From positions 1 to 64,000 of IMG/VR virus record IMGVR_UViG_3300044614_002617: a stretch of DNA of 64,000 bases. One strand, given 5' to 3'. The translations under genes were made by a program, and so were the position numbers. Below the pieces are notes generated by a model. That model searched no databases. It was given only the letters and a program-made list of their open reading frames with translations, and was not told the DNA's origin. Origin of the DNA: a virus. Below, piece after piece: positions 40,502 through 48,754 of this stretch; positions within the stretch are counted from its first letter, which is position 1; the number at the start of each line of letters is the position of its first letter.

Positions 40502-40840
40502 ATGAAAGCCGTTTCAAAGTTTAGTTACATGACTATAGACGGTATCGGTTACTTCGAGCCAGAAGAAGCAATGACCTACGACGAGGCGCTGCAATGGGCA
40601 AAGATACGCGGCCTACGTCTTCTGACTCGTGGTGAGTGGTGTGATTTATGGGACCATAAGGAAGAGTTTAGAAAGAGTTGCCGAAATGCTGTTTATTGGA
40701 CGGCTTCGGTGTGTGCTAATAATGGTCTATATGTGTGGTTCTTTAATGGATTCAATGGGGACCTAGAATCCACCGGTCGTTATGGTTCTTATGTAGTTCG
40801 TGCAGTGCAAGAAGACGCAGAGGCTAATTATGGCTATTGA
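40502..40840 (+). CDS. DUF1566/Lcl-C-like C-type-lectin-fold protein
   Basis: 'MTYDEALQWA...RLLT..E..L...YWTAS...VWFFNG.NG......YVVRAV'. Confidence 0.6.
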   Translation: MKAVSKFSYMTIDGIGYFEPEEAMTYDEALQWAKIRGLRLLTRGEWCDLWDHKEEFRKSCRNAVYWTASVCANNGLYVWFFNGFNGDLESTGRYGSYVVRAVQEDAEANYGY

Positions 40841-40931
40841 AGAACGCATTGAAGTCGCCTGCGACAATGCAGCTTGGTTTGTACACCAGTACCTCGTCCG
40901 ATATGGTTGTTAATTAGGGGGAGTATGGCAA

Positions 40932-41240
40932 ATGAGACGGTCGGAGATGATTGAGCACATTGCACAAGAACTGATTGATGTGGCTGTCGATGAAAGGTCA
41001 CGCAACACAGCGTACCATGGCTACTTCCAACGCAAAGCCGCAGACCTACTGGACATGATTGAGGGGTTTGGGATGCAGCCGCCGTCTGCAGTCTTCGTGA
41101 TAGATTGGGACAGATGGGACCCTGACAGAAAAGAATGGTATCCGAGCAAAGAAAGAATCCACTCGAACAAATGGGAAAACGAGTTATCCAAAGAATTAGG
41201 AGAACTGGTAGAGAAGGAGCCAGAAGATGAAACGAAGTGA
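40932..41240 (+). CDS. MKRS...GMxPP...WE family protein 1
   Basis: Paralogous to 41227 and 41836. GGGGGAG RBS. Confidence 0.65.
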   Translation: MRRSEMIEHIAQELIDVAVDERSRNTAYHGYFQRKAADLLDMIEGFGMQPPSAVFVIDWDRWDPDRKEWYPSKERIHSNKWENELSKELGELVEKEPEDETK

Positions 41241-41451
41241 GCTAGTTAACAAAATAAGTGAATACTTAAAAGAAGCTGGTTATAGTGCTGACATATCAGA
41301 CTACAATACAGTTCACCGGATTGTTTTTTTGGCTGAAATGGAAGGAATGCTTCCTCCAGCAATCAAAGTGCCCACAACCGGACAAGAAGATGGCGAAGTT
41401 TTTGAGCTAAACCTGCTAGTTAATGAGTGGGAGCCGGAGGAAAAACAATGA
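41227..41451 (+). CDS. MKRS...GMxPP...WEPE family protein 2
   Basis: Paralogous motifs. Overlaps both neighbours. Confidence 0.65.
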   Translation: MKRSELVNKISEYLKEAGYSADISDYNTVHRIVFLAEMEGMLPPAIKVPTTGQEDGEVFELNLLVNEWEPEEKQ

Positions 41452-41801
41452 ACAACCAACAAGCATTTAATAAGATGGTAAGACACCTGAGAAGACAGAA
41501 TAAACGTAGCTCTAACCAAGACGGCGGGATTTGTAGCTATCGTACTTACGATGGACTGAGGTGCGCGGTTGGTGCCCTGATTCCAAATCGCCTTTACGAT
41601 TCACATATTGAACATCAAACTATTGAATATGCAATGAAAACACATCCCCCTTTGGGTGAATATCTTGCAGGAGTCTCTCTTAACCTAATGAAGCACATGC
41701 AAGAAATACATGACGACGAGCCTGTGGGCAAATGGGAACAGTGCTTTGAGGAGGCTGCAAAAAAGTTCAACCTAACACTTCCGAAGAAAGCACAGAGCTA
41801 G
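41448..41801 (+). CDS. Conserved phage hypothetical protein
   Basis: 'QQAFNKMVRHL..Q...CSYR..DGLRCAVGALIP...QEIHD' pattern. ATG 41448 follows a GGAGG RBS. Confidence 0.6.
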   Translation: MNNQQAFNKMVRHLRRQNKRSSNQDGGICSYRTYDGLRCAVGALIPNRLYDSHIEHQTIEYAMKTHPPLGEYLAGVSLNLMKHMQEIHDDEPVGKWEQCFEEAAKKFNLTLPKKAQS

Positions 41802-41835
41802 CGGAAAGTGACAACAAACGAACGGGAGCCAGAAA

Positions 41836-42264
41836 ATGAAACGCAGTGGCCTACAGCAGATACTTAAAGACAGAATCGAAATGCGCATAAGAGAAGGTCA
41901 TTATGCGTCCGACAATACAGACTATGAAAGATGGGCGTTTGCACATTTTCTCGCGGATGAGCTAATCTCTTTGATTGAAGAGCAAGGAATGCAACCCCCA
42001 TCTGCCCCATTCCGGGTACGCAATAAACGCTGGAACCCAAAGAAAGAAGAATGGTACGAAATTGAAGAGTGGGCAATGTTAGACCAATGGGAGCCGGAGG
42101 GGGAAGCAACGCCGGATGGTTATGCTAATACTCTGCCAGATGGAGGCACTGCTGTAGGGCAGGGTGAGCCAAGTTTTACCTCTTTTAAAGACCTAACTGA
42201 AGAAGAGTGGGCGGTGCTAGACGAAAGTTTAAAACATGTAGGTCTTAGGACAAAAAATGAATAA
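41836..42264 (+). CDS. MKRS...GMxPP...WEPE family protein 3 (C-terminally extended)
   Basis: Paralogous motifs. The WEPE motif is internal, followed by about 50 extra aa. Confidence 0.65.
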   Translation: MKRSGLQQILKDRIEMRIREGHYASDNTDYERWAFAHFLADELISLIEEQGMQPPSAPFRVRNKRWNPKKEEWYEIEEWAMLDQWEPEGEATPDGYANTLPDGGTAVGQGEPSFTSFKDLTEEEWAVLDESLKHVGLRTKNE

Positions 42265-42532
42265 CAAAATCATTGATGAAATCCTTGATGAATTCGATTT
42301 TGAAAGAGTCCACAAGGTCATGAAGGCACTCAACTGGACTTGGCACGATACAGACGGCGTACCTACCATCGGCGACCTACGACGACAGGCAAGGACACTG
42401 CTGCAGGAACTGCTCAAGCACAACTACTACTGCACAGGTACGGGCGGGCTGTTTGCCTACAGAATAGCCGATACTGTGGGACTGCGATTTGAGGTCACTA
42501 GTTATGAAGTGGAAAAGGATTTGTCGGTATGA
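42257..42532 (+). CDS. Conserved phage hypothetical protein
   Basis: 'FDFERVHKVM..LNWTW....VP....L...AR..L.......TGGL' pattern. Confidence 0.6.
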   Translation: MNNKIIDEILDEFDFERVHKVMKALNWTWHDTDGVPTIGDLRRQARTLLQELLKHNYYCTGTGGLFAYRIADTVGLRFEVTSYEVEKDLSV

Positions 42533-42825
42533 AAGTCTACATCATCTGCTTCGACGGTGACCACATCTGTCATCCCACGGCATTTCTTGACCGAGAGAAG
42601 GCAGAGGAGCGTCTCAGAATTATGCAAGACGAGATGGATGCGGACGCAGATAAACATCAATGCAAGAGTTATTCGCAATGGTACTCGGTGGAGGAGTTAG
42701 AAATGGAACGCCCCATTAAGTTGAGCACCGAAGGTACTTTGAAGTTCCTTGAAATGCTAGACGGACAGGCTGAACCAAACGAAAACCTCAGAAAGGCTGC
42801 ATTGGAATCAGAAGACGCAACTTAA
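42529..42825 (+). CDS. Phage protein with DUF1778 (TacA/AtaR-type antitoxin)-like C-terminal tail
   Basis: C-terminal 'IKLSTEGTLKFLEMLDGQAEPNENLRKAA'. Confidence 0.5.
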   Translation: MKVYIICFDGDHICHPTAFLDREKAEERLRIMQDEMDADADKHQCKSYSQWYSVEELEMERPIKLSTEGTLKFLEMLDGQAEPNENLRKAALESEDAT

Positions 42826-42898
42826 ATTTCACATTTATGAAACTTAGATTACGCACTGACGAAATAATAGCTTTATTCTCTTTTAAAAAGAATAACTA

Positions 42899-42926
42899 TA
42901 AAGTTATATCAATCAGAATCCGATAA
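42899..42926 (+). promoter_or_regulatory. sigma28/FliA-type promoter TAAAGTT...TCCGATAA (N16)
   Basis: Intergenic, followed by a GGGGGG RBS and ATG 42948. Confidence 0.65.
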
Positions 42927-42947
42927 ATAAAACAAAGGGGGGTAGTT

Positions 42948-43127
42948 ATGTTTTACACTATTTCAGCAACGATTGATGACGAAGTTTACGTAGTTGCTAC
43001 AAATGTTCCAGATGACGAGCTTGAGGGCGAGCTACAGCATTTAACCCGCAGACATGCATTTAAGAATGTTGTAAGATTTGAAATAACACAAGAGATTGTT
43101 TTAGATCATTCCCCTATCCTAAAATAA
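42948..43127 (+). CDS. 59-aa hypothetical protein (below ORF-track cutoff)
   Basis: Read manually: MFYTISATIDDEVYVVATNVPDD...HSPILK. Strong RBS. Confidence 0.55.
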   Translation: MFYTISATIDDEVYVVATNVPDDELEGELQHLTRRHAFKNVVRFEITQEIVLDHSPILK

Positions 43128-43155
43128 CTAAAACTTAATTTTAACTTCCATCAAA

Positions 43156-43184
43156 TTGACAAATCTCTAGACATTGCCTATCCT
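43156..43184 (+). promoter_or_regulatory. sigma70-type promoter TTGACA-N17-TATCCT
   Basis: Upstream of an AAGGAG RBS and 43205. Confidence 0.6.
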
Positions 43185-43204
43185 TACTTTAAAGGAGAGG
43201 CGGT

Positions 43205-43507
43205 ATGTCTGATTTGCTTAATAATCTTGATTCGGTCGAACAAAACGCAGAAAAACAACAAGAATTCTTTAAAATGCTAGACGAAATGGTGTCTTCTTAT
43301 GGGCATCTTGTCCTGGAAGTTCAATCCATGGGGCAAAAAATTCAAGAATTAGCCGGACTTGCTCATTGGACAAAAGAACATACTGAGTATCTTTTAGCAA
43401 AAGATGAAGAGTATATGGCAGCCGTTAAAGCATTTATGGACTCAAAGGAGAGCAGCGATGGCAGCGAAGCCGACGCGGTTTCAGCAGACGTGTCCGAGAA
43501 AGCTTGA
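43205..43507 (+). CDS. Acidic coiled-coil hypothetical protein
   Basis: 100 aa with a strong RBS. Confidence 0.6.
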   Translation: MSDLLNNLDSVEQNAEKQQEFFKMLDEMVSSYGHLVLEVQSMGQKIQELAGLAHWTKEHTEYLLAKDEEYMAAVKAFMDSKESSDGSEADAVSADVSEKA

Positions 43508-44105
43508 AAAGCTTCCATCGACACACTGCCCACTAGCCGTAGAGTCTATCGAAGCAATCAAGGCGGGACAGCCAGACAAAGTCACCTGTCCTTTCTTTGT
43601 TAACGACATGCATTCTAATTATTGCTTTTGGAAATTTATGGATGAGGACGGCGAGGCTATTGACTCTGCCCGCAGGATTGCACAGCTTAATGTTATACAA
43701 GAAGCAGAAGTCAAAGAAATCATTTCAAATACCGCAAAAACTATTTTAACAACGGTAGATGTAGAAGATGTTCAGCTTTTTAAAGAATCAGTCTATGAGG
43801 CCATGCCAGAAGCGTCTTATGATATTTACACTCAAGAATCGTGGGTGGAAGAAGTTGTAGGAGCGGAAGGTCTGCCACAAGAGCCGGGCAAACCGGGACG
43901 TAAAAAGAAGGTTAAAATTCAAGCACCTAAGGGGTTTTCGGGTGGACATGCTCTGCATAAGTCGGGAAAGAGAACTCAGTTGACAGGACTGTCTTCTAAA
44001 TGGCACGAGCACGTTAAGGAGTTTCAAAAAGGCGATACACCTATCCGTATGTCTTCTAATACTATGACAAAAAAGAAGAAAGACGAAAAAGATGAAGACG
44101 CATGA
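43458..44105 (+). CDS. Cys-rich protein with possible sigma-region-4-like HTH
   Basis: 'CPRK...CP...CPFF...NYCFW' followed by 'RRIAQL...EAEVKEI..NT.K'. ATG 43458 follows an AAGGAG RBS. Confidence 0.45.
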   Translation: MAAKPTRFQQTCPRKLEKLPSTHCPLAVESIEAIKAGQPDKVTCPFFVNDMHSNYCFWKFMDEDGEAIDSARRIAQLNVIQEAEVKEIISNTAKTILTTVDVEDVQLFKESVYEAMPEASYDIYTQESWVEEVVGAEGLPQEPGKPGRKKKVKIQAPKGFSGGHALHKSGKRTQLTGLSSKWHEHVKEFQKGDTPIRMSSNTMTKKKKDEKDEDA

Positions 44106-44298
44106 AGCGATTGAAAAACTAAAGTCGAGTAACCCAAGCGATCGCGAAGATGGGGTATGGGTTCTCTATGTGAACTCATTACATTGTTATAAAACCTTAA
44201 AATATCACGCGGAGCGCGAAGCAGACTGGAAACTAAAAGACTTACTAAATAAAATGCTAAGCGATTTTAGGATTTTGCATGAAAAAGAAAACAGTTAA
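44092..44298 (+). CDS. Small helical (HEAT-like) protein
   Basis: 'LKSSNPSDREDGVWVL' resembles one HEAT repeat. Confidence 0.45.
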   Translation: MKTHEAIEKLKSSNPSDREDGVWVLYVNSLHCYKTLKYHAEREADWKLKDLLNKMLSDFRILHEKENS

Positions 44299-45415
44299 AA
44301 ATATTAAACCAGTTTTAAAAACAATACAACATCTCAAGTTTATTAAGCAACTTGAGAAAAACGGCAATTTAGCTTACCAAATAGTCGCTGACAGGATGAT
44401 TGATGATATTGTAAGTTATCTTAAGTCAGAAAAGCTCGCTAAAGCCGAAGACTCTCACAATATTCCAAAAAATTGGACAAAGCTAGTTCCTCGTATTCAA
44501 ATCAATGTAAACAATACACTTGGTCCAATTATTGAAAAATATATGCTTGCTCTTAAGTATGCGCTATTGGGTAAGGCCGCCGGGCAAGATGCCGAAAATG
44601 CCGTTGAAGAGCTAGGACTAAAAACATATTTACCAAAAGGGCTGCTGTTTCAAGGTTTTTTTGACGCGGTGGACACTCAGTCCGATTACTTTTCCAAGGC
44701 TCTAAAGTTACCTAAAATCAAGACAGATGCATCTAAAGATCCTTTTATCGAGTATACTTTTAGGTTCATCAAAGAAAAGACGGCAAGACATCTCGATAAA
44801 ACGCTTGTCGAAATGAAGACCAAAGCCTTAACCGCAATTGAACAGGTTATCACAGAACACAACCATGAAAATACCTCAAATGTTCATCGGGTTGCCAACC
44901 AACTTGCATCTGAGCTAACAGAAACGAAGAAAAAACGCGAAGCCGTTCATGATGCTGTCAAAGCGGTTGCTGAGCATAAGCTCAGTTTGACCAAAGCAAA
45001 GCAGACCCTTAAAGATACTTTTAAAGACTATTCAACAAACTGGGACTTGGTTGTTAGAACCGAGGTAGGCATGGCATCGGCCACAGCAACAAGCCAAGCA
45101 ATCATGAATTTAGCCGGCTCTAAAGACAAGGATGTAATTGTTACTATCGTTTCGATTGAAGACGATAGGGTGTCTGAAGAGTGTAAGAATTGGTCAAGAA
45201 ACGACGACGGCTCTCTGAAATACTTTAGGCTTACATCTTTAAGGCCAGCAGGCTATAATTTGGGAAAAAAGAAAGCACAATGGGAAAACTGTCAACCACT
45301 GCGCCATTTTAGATGTCGTTGTACTTTGGTATACGTTCCAAGGGGTTACAAAGTGGATAGCTTTGGTTCGTTGGTAAAATTAGCCGAGGGCGAAGAAATT
45401 AAACTAGAGCGTTAA
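44279..45415 (+). CDS. Head morphogenesis protein (SPP1 gp7/MuF-like)
   Basis: 'NWDLVVRTE' ... 'DDRVS..C' ... 'PLRHFRCRCTL' motifs. Confidence 0.75.
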   Translation: MKKKTVKNIKPVLKTIQHLKFIKQLEKNGNLAYQIVADRMIDDIVSYLKSEKLAKAEDSHNIPKNWTKLVPRIQINVNNTLGPIIEKYMLALKYALLGKAAGQDAENAVEELGLKTYLPKGLLFQGFFDAVDTQSDYFSKALKLPKIKTDASKDPFIEYTFRFIKEKTARHLDKTLVEMKTKALTAIEQVITEHNHENTSNVHRVANQLASELTETKKKREAVHDAVKAVAEHKLSLTKAKQTLKDTFKDYSTNWDLVVRTEVGMASATATSQAIMNLAGSKDKDVIVTIVSIEDDRVSEECKNWSRNDDGSLKYFRLTSLRPAGYNLGKKKAQWENCQPLRHFRCRCTLVYVPRGYKVDSFGSLVKLAEGEEIKLER

Positions 45416-45417
45416 TT

Positions 45418-45681
45418 TTACGCATCCTCTTCTCTGCTTTTAATAATATGAATTTTTTCTTGTTTTAGATATGTACTAAACACCTTAACGAGATGTTTTT
45501 CTACAGCGACTTTCCAGCTTTCGCTGAGAGGGGAAAGATTTGCTGTATTTCCAGATTGGGCATTATATGCAATTGCATGAGCCATTTTAATAAGATCTTG
45601 CGCATAAATAACTAAATGATAGTCACCTGTTCTGCCGTCTGCAATCAAATCGTCAATCTCTTCCTTTGAGTATATTTTCAT
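45418..45681 (-). CDS. Hypothetical protein
   Basis: Last gene of a tightly packed minus-strand operon. Confidence 0.5.
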   Translation of the reverse strand: MKIYSKEEIDDLIADGRTGDYHLVIYAQDLIKMAHAIAYNAQSGNTANLSPLSESWKVAVEKHLVKVFSTYLKQEKIHIIKSREEDA

Positions 45682-45998
45682 TCCGCGCCCTTTCTGGATA
45701 GACTACTATTAATACTATTTTTTGCCGTTTTCCATTTGTCTGCAGAAATCCTTATTTGCCTTTCTGCTAAACCAACTATCTCCCACTGATTGTCTAAAGA
45801 CATTAAGGTGGTACGACCAAATTTAACAATTTCATCGCTTTCTGTCAATATATAAATAGTCATCTTGTTGAGCATAATAATTACCCCACAACAAGAGTCT
45901 GCTTCTTGATTTGTAAACTCAACGGTATCGCCCAGCTCAGCTTCCATTAGCTGTAGCTCATCGTAAGCCCATGGCGTTGTAACTGTTTCTGCACTCAT
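45678..45998 (-). CDS. Hypothetical protein (SH3/KOW-like beta domain)
   Basis: GGAG RBS. 'ELGDTVEF...GVII' pattern. Confidence 0.55.
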   Translation of the reverse strand: MSAETVTTPWAYDELQLMEAELGDTVEFTNQEADSCCGVIIMLNKMTIYILTESDEIVKFGRTTLMSLDNQWEIVGLAERQIRISADKWKTAKNSINSSLSRKGAE

Positions 45999-46009
45999 AG
46001 TCTACTCCA

Positions 46010-46285
46010 TTAGGGTGCTGGTATAAGTTTCCAAAAAGGGTTGTCGCTGGAATAAGAGTAAATTAAAATTTTTTTATAATACCAACCATCCGGACGATGA
46101 ATTTTTAATCCATCAATATATTCATCTGTATACCCCTCCAGCTGGTTGCAGTCTCTCAGGACTTGCAAAATCTCTTCTTTTGAAGGCATTGAAGACATCA
46201 TCACAACAGAATGATAATCGTCTTGGTTTGTGTTCCAGTACGAAACAATATACAGCTTATATCTATGCGGAAGAGAAAAGCTCAT
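46010..46285 (-). CDS. Hypothetical protein
   Basis: 91-aa ORF in the operon. Confidence 0.5.
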   Translation of the reverse strand: MSFSLPHRYKLYIVSYWNTNQDDYHSVVMMSSMPSKEEILQVLRDCNQLEGYTDEYIDGLKIHRPDGWYYKKILIYSYSSDNPFWKLIPAP

Positions 46286-46296
46286 TGTCTACCCTA

Positions 46297-47223
46297 TTAA
46301 AAAATATTAAGCCTTTCTAAGGCGCTGATAAATTTAAACGCAGACATTTTTGAAACACATTCAGCCACTTCCATTTTTCTTGGGCAATTTGAAAAATCCC
46401 AAAAGTTTAAATTCCAATCTGATTCGCAAAAATTACAAATTATATTCGGAACAACCGGAATCGTTTGGGCTATGCCTCTATACGGAATGCGCAATTCAGG
46501 CTTAATTGTAGTAAAACCGCATACCACTGGAGTTTGGGTTGTCCATGCAATGTGAATAGGGCCGCCATCCATACCAACAACGGCTCTAGACTTGCTCATA
46601 ATAGCAGCAAGCTCTCTAAATGATGTTTTATCTCTTAAGTCTACTCCAAATCCCGGATACTCAAAGTCGCTCATTGCCAAATTGTTTTTCCATATACTGA
46701 TAGATCCTGTTTTTCCTACATAAACAGGAATCAGCCCTTTTGCATAAACGTATTCCGCTATTTTTTTAATTTCGGTTGGCAGAATAGTTCTTTGCTTATC
46801 TCTGTATGTAGTTATGATTACAACCGCTTTACTGAAATCTACGCCGTACTTACTAACATCCACTGGCTTTAGGGGCACATATTGCAATTCAGCGTCGCTG
46901 AGTATTTTTGCCATTAAGCCAATACAAGCGTAGTGAGTTAACTTAAGCCTCGAAGGAGTCAGCTTACATAGATTGCCGCCCGGAGCAGGAATATTTAGAT
47001 AGCGAACTGAATAATCTTTGTCGTAACTTCCGCTGATTTCTGTAAATTTTTCTTCTGGAACAAAAGGAAACAAATCTTTAAAATCTGGATAGATTCCAAC
47101 TTTATAGTCGGTTTGCTGATGATACGTTTCGATTGCATGCTTAAGAATAGGAGCAGCGGCAATCAAGTCACCTACGGCGGCGCTATTAAGGCAATAAATT
47201 GTTTTATTCGCAAACATAATCAA
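46297..47223 (-). CDS. Glycosyltransferase family 9 (heptosyltransferase-like, GT-B)
   Basis: 'AVGDLIAAAP', 'DLRDKTSFRELAAIM' and 'VVGMDGGPIHIA...PVVCGF'. Confidence 0.75.
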   Translation of the reverse strand: MIMFANKTIYCLNSAAVGDLIAAAPILKHAIETYHQQTDYKVGIYPDFKDLFPFVPEEKFTEISGSYDKDYSVRYLNIPAPGGNLCKLTPSRLKLTHYACIGLMAKILSDAELQYVPLKPVDVSKYGVDFSKAVVIITTYRDKQRTILPTEIKKIAEYVYAKGLIPVYVGKTGSISIWKNNLAMSDFEYPGFGVDLRDKTSFRELAAIMSKSRAVVGMDGGPIHIAWTTQTPVVCGFTTIKPELRIPYRGIAQTIPVVPNIICNFCESDWNLNFWDFSNCPRKMEVAECVSKMSAFKFISALERLNIF

Positions 47224-48671
47224 ACCTCTTTATAAACAATATCATCCGTTATTGTTTCATAAACGCCATATCTTGATTTAGCATACTGTTTAAAAATATC
47301 AAAGAACTTTTCGCTATCACTATTCCAAATTCCATAACCAGCAGTTGTAATATCAATAAAGATAAGTTTTTTTCCTTTCTTGTACCGTAACCCACGACCA
47401 ATAACCTGTCGAGTCAGAGCCTCCGCCGAGTTTTGAACGCAAGAAATCATAAAGTCAACATCGGGCAAGTCGATGCCCTCTCCCAGTAGGCTGCTGTTGG
47501 AAACCAGCAAATTAGTCTTTCCGTCTTTGAATTTATAAAAAGGATTTCGATAGCCACTGTGGGCGGGCTCGCAGTTTACTCCCATCTCAGTTGCATATTC
47601 ACAAAATTCTGCTGATGGCTCTACGGTTTTAAATAGTACCAAGACCTTAAGGCCTCTGTTTAGTCCACTTTTTACTAAATTAAGCACCGTATGAAGTGCT
47701 TTTTCATGAGTCGAAAGCATCTTATAAGCTGTCTGCTGATGGGTCATCTCTCGAACGCGCCCCAGTCCAGTGACCGTAAGGCAAGTGATGGCTACGGGAC
47801 AAAGGTACTCATTATCAATAGCCCACTTACTGTCTCTTTGAAAGACGATAGGCCCAACAATTCCATGAAAGCCCAACTCTAAATTATCCGCTCTAACTGG
47901 CGTTGCGGTAAACCCATAAATATATTTAGCTCGACTTCCAAAAATAGCCAGCTCTTTATACATATTAGAGGAGGAATGGTGAGCTTCGTCAATAATAATA
48001 GCATCGAAGATGTCTGAATAGTTACGGCCACTATTAACAGTAGCAATAGCAATATCAACACCCTCTTTAAATTTATGTTTTCCACCGATGCCGCAACTTT
48101 TAGGAGCAATCTGTTTGATATCTTTAAGCATCTGAGAGATAAGTTCGACAGTGGGAACAACGATGAGGACTCGGAGGCCGCGCTCGATGAGGGCGCGGCT
48201 TAGTAGACTGATACACATTGACTTGCCAGTTCCTGTAGGCAGGACAATACAACCTCTCTTGTACTGAAGGGCTGTTCTGACTGCTTCGGCTTGATAGTCT
48301 CTTGGAACTTTAGGTCCAACGGGAGATAGGTTAAGCTCTCTGTCTTTTTCTTTATGGCCTTCCATATTGGGAACAAGCCACCAGAATCCGGGAGGTACGC
48401 TCAAAGTACCGTCTTCATTATCGCCATAAAACTCAACTTTGGTTTCTAACTCTAACTGTTTAATTTCATTTTTAATTTTGATTGCGTGTTTGTCGTTGTA
48501 AGGTTTTTGGCGTTTGAGTTGTTTAATCTTTGAAATAACGCCCTTATTTTCAACCGTCAAGAGTTTCTTGACAGTTTCAAGTACGTCTGAAGAGCCAGAC
48601 AGGGTAATTTCATTATTTTTATATTCACCTATAAGACCGTGTATGGGCTCAAAGGCATTATCTTTAGCCAT
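47220..48671 (-). CDS. Superfamily 2 DNA helicase (UvsW/XPB-like)
   Basis: Q motif 'RDYQ', Walker A 'PTGTGKS', 'DEAH', 'TAT', 'EGIDLP' and 'QVIGRGLR'. Confidence 0.9.
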   Translation of the reverse strand: MAKDNAFEPIHGLIGEYKNNEITLSGSSDVLETVKKLLTVENKGVISKIKQLKRQKPYNDKHAIKIKNEIKQLELETKVEFYGDNEDGTLSVPPGFWWLVPNMEGHKEKDRELNLSPVGPKVPRDYQAEAVRTALQYKRGCIVLPTGTGKSMCISLLSRALIERGLRVLIVVPTVELISQMLKDIKQIAPKSCGIGGKHKFKEGVDIAIATVNSGRNYSDIFDAIIIDEAHHSSSNMYKELAIFGSRAKYIYGFTATPVRADNLELGFHGIVGPIVFQRDSKWAIDNEYLCPVAITCLTVTGLGRVREMTHQQTAYKMLSTHEKALHTVLNLVKSGLNRGLKVLVLFKTVEPSAEFCEYATEMGVNCEPAHSGYRNPFYKFKDGKTNLLVSNSSLLGEGIDLPDVDFMISCVQNSAEALTRQVIGRGLRYKKGKKLIFIDITTAGYGIWNSDSEKFFDIFKQYAKSRYGVYETITDDIVYKEV

Positions 48672-48754
48672 AAGTTCTCCGTTTTGTTTGTATTACCAAA
48701 CACAAACATATGAGTCAATGATAAAATATAACAAGTATTTCATAGGGGTTTCAG

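Noticed and set aside
40502-40840. Complete diversity-generating retroelement
   Set aside because: No reverse transcriptase and no AAC-rich template repeat were seen in the window.
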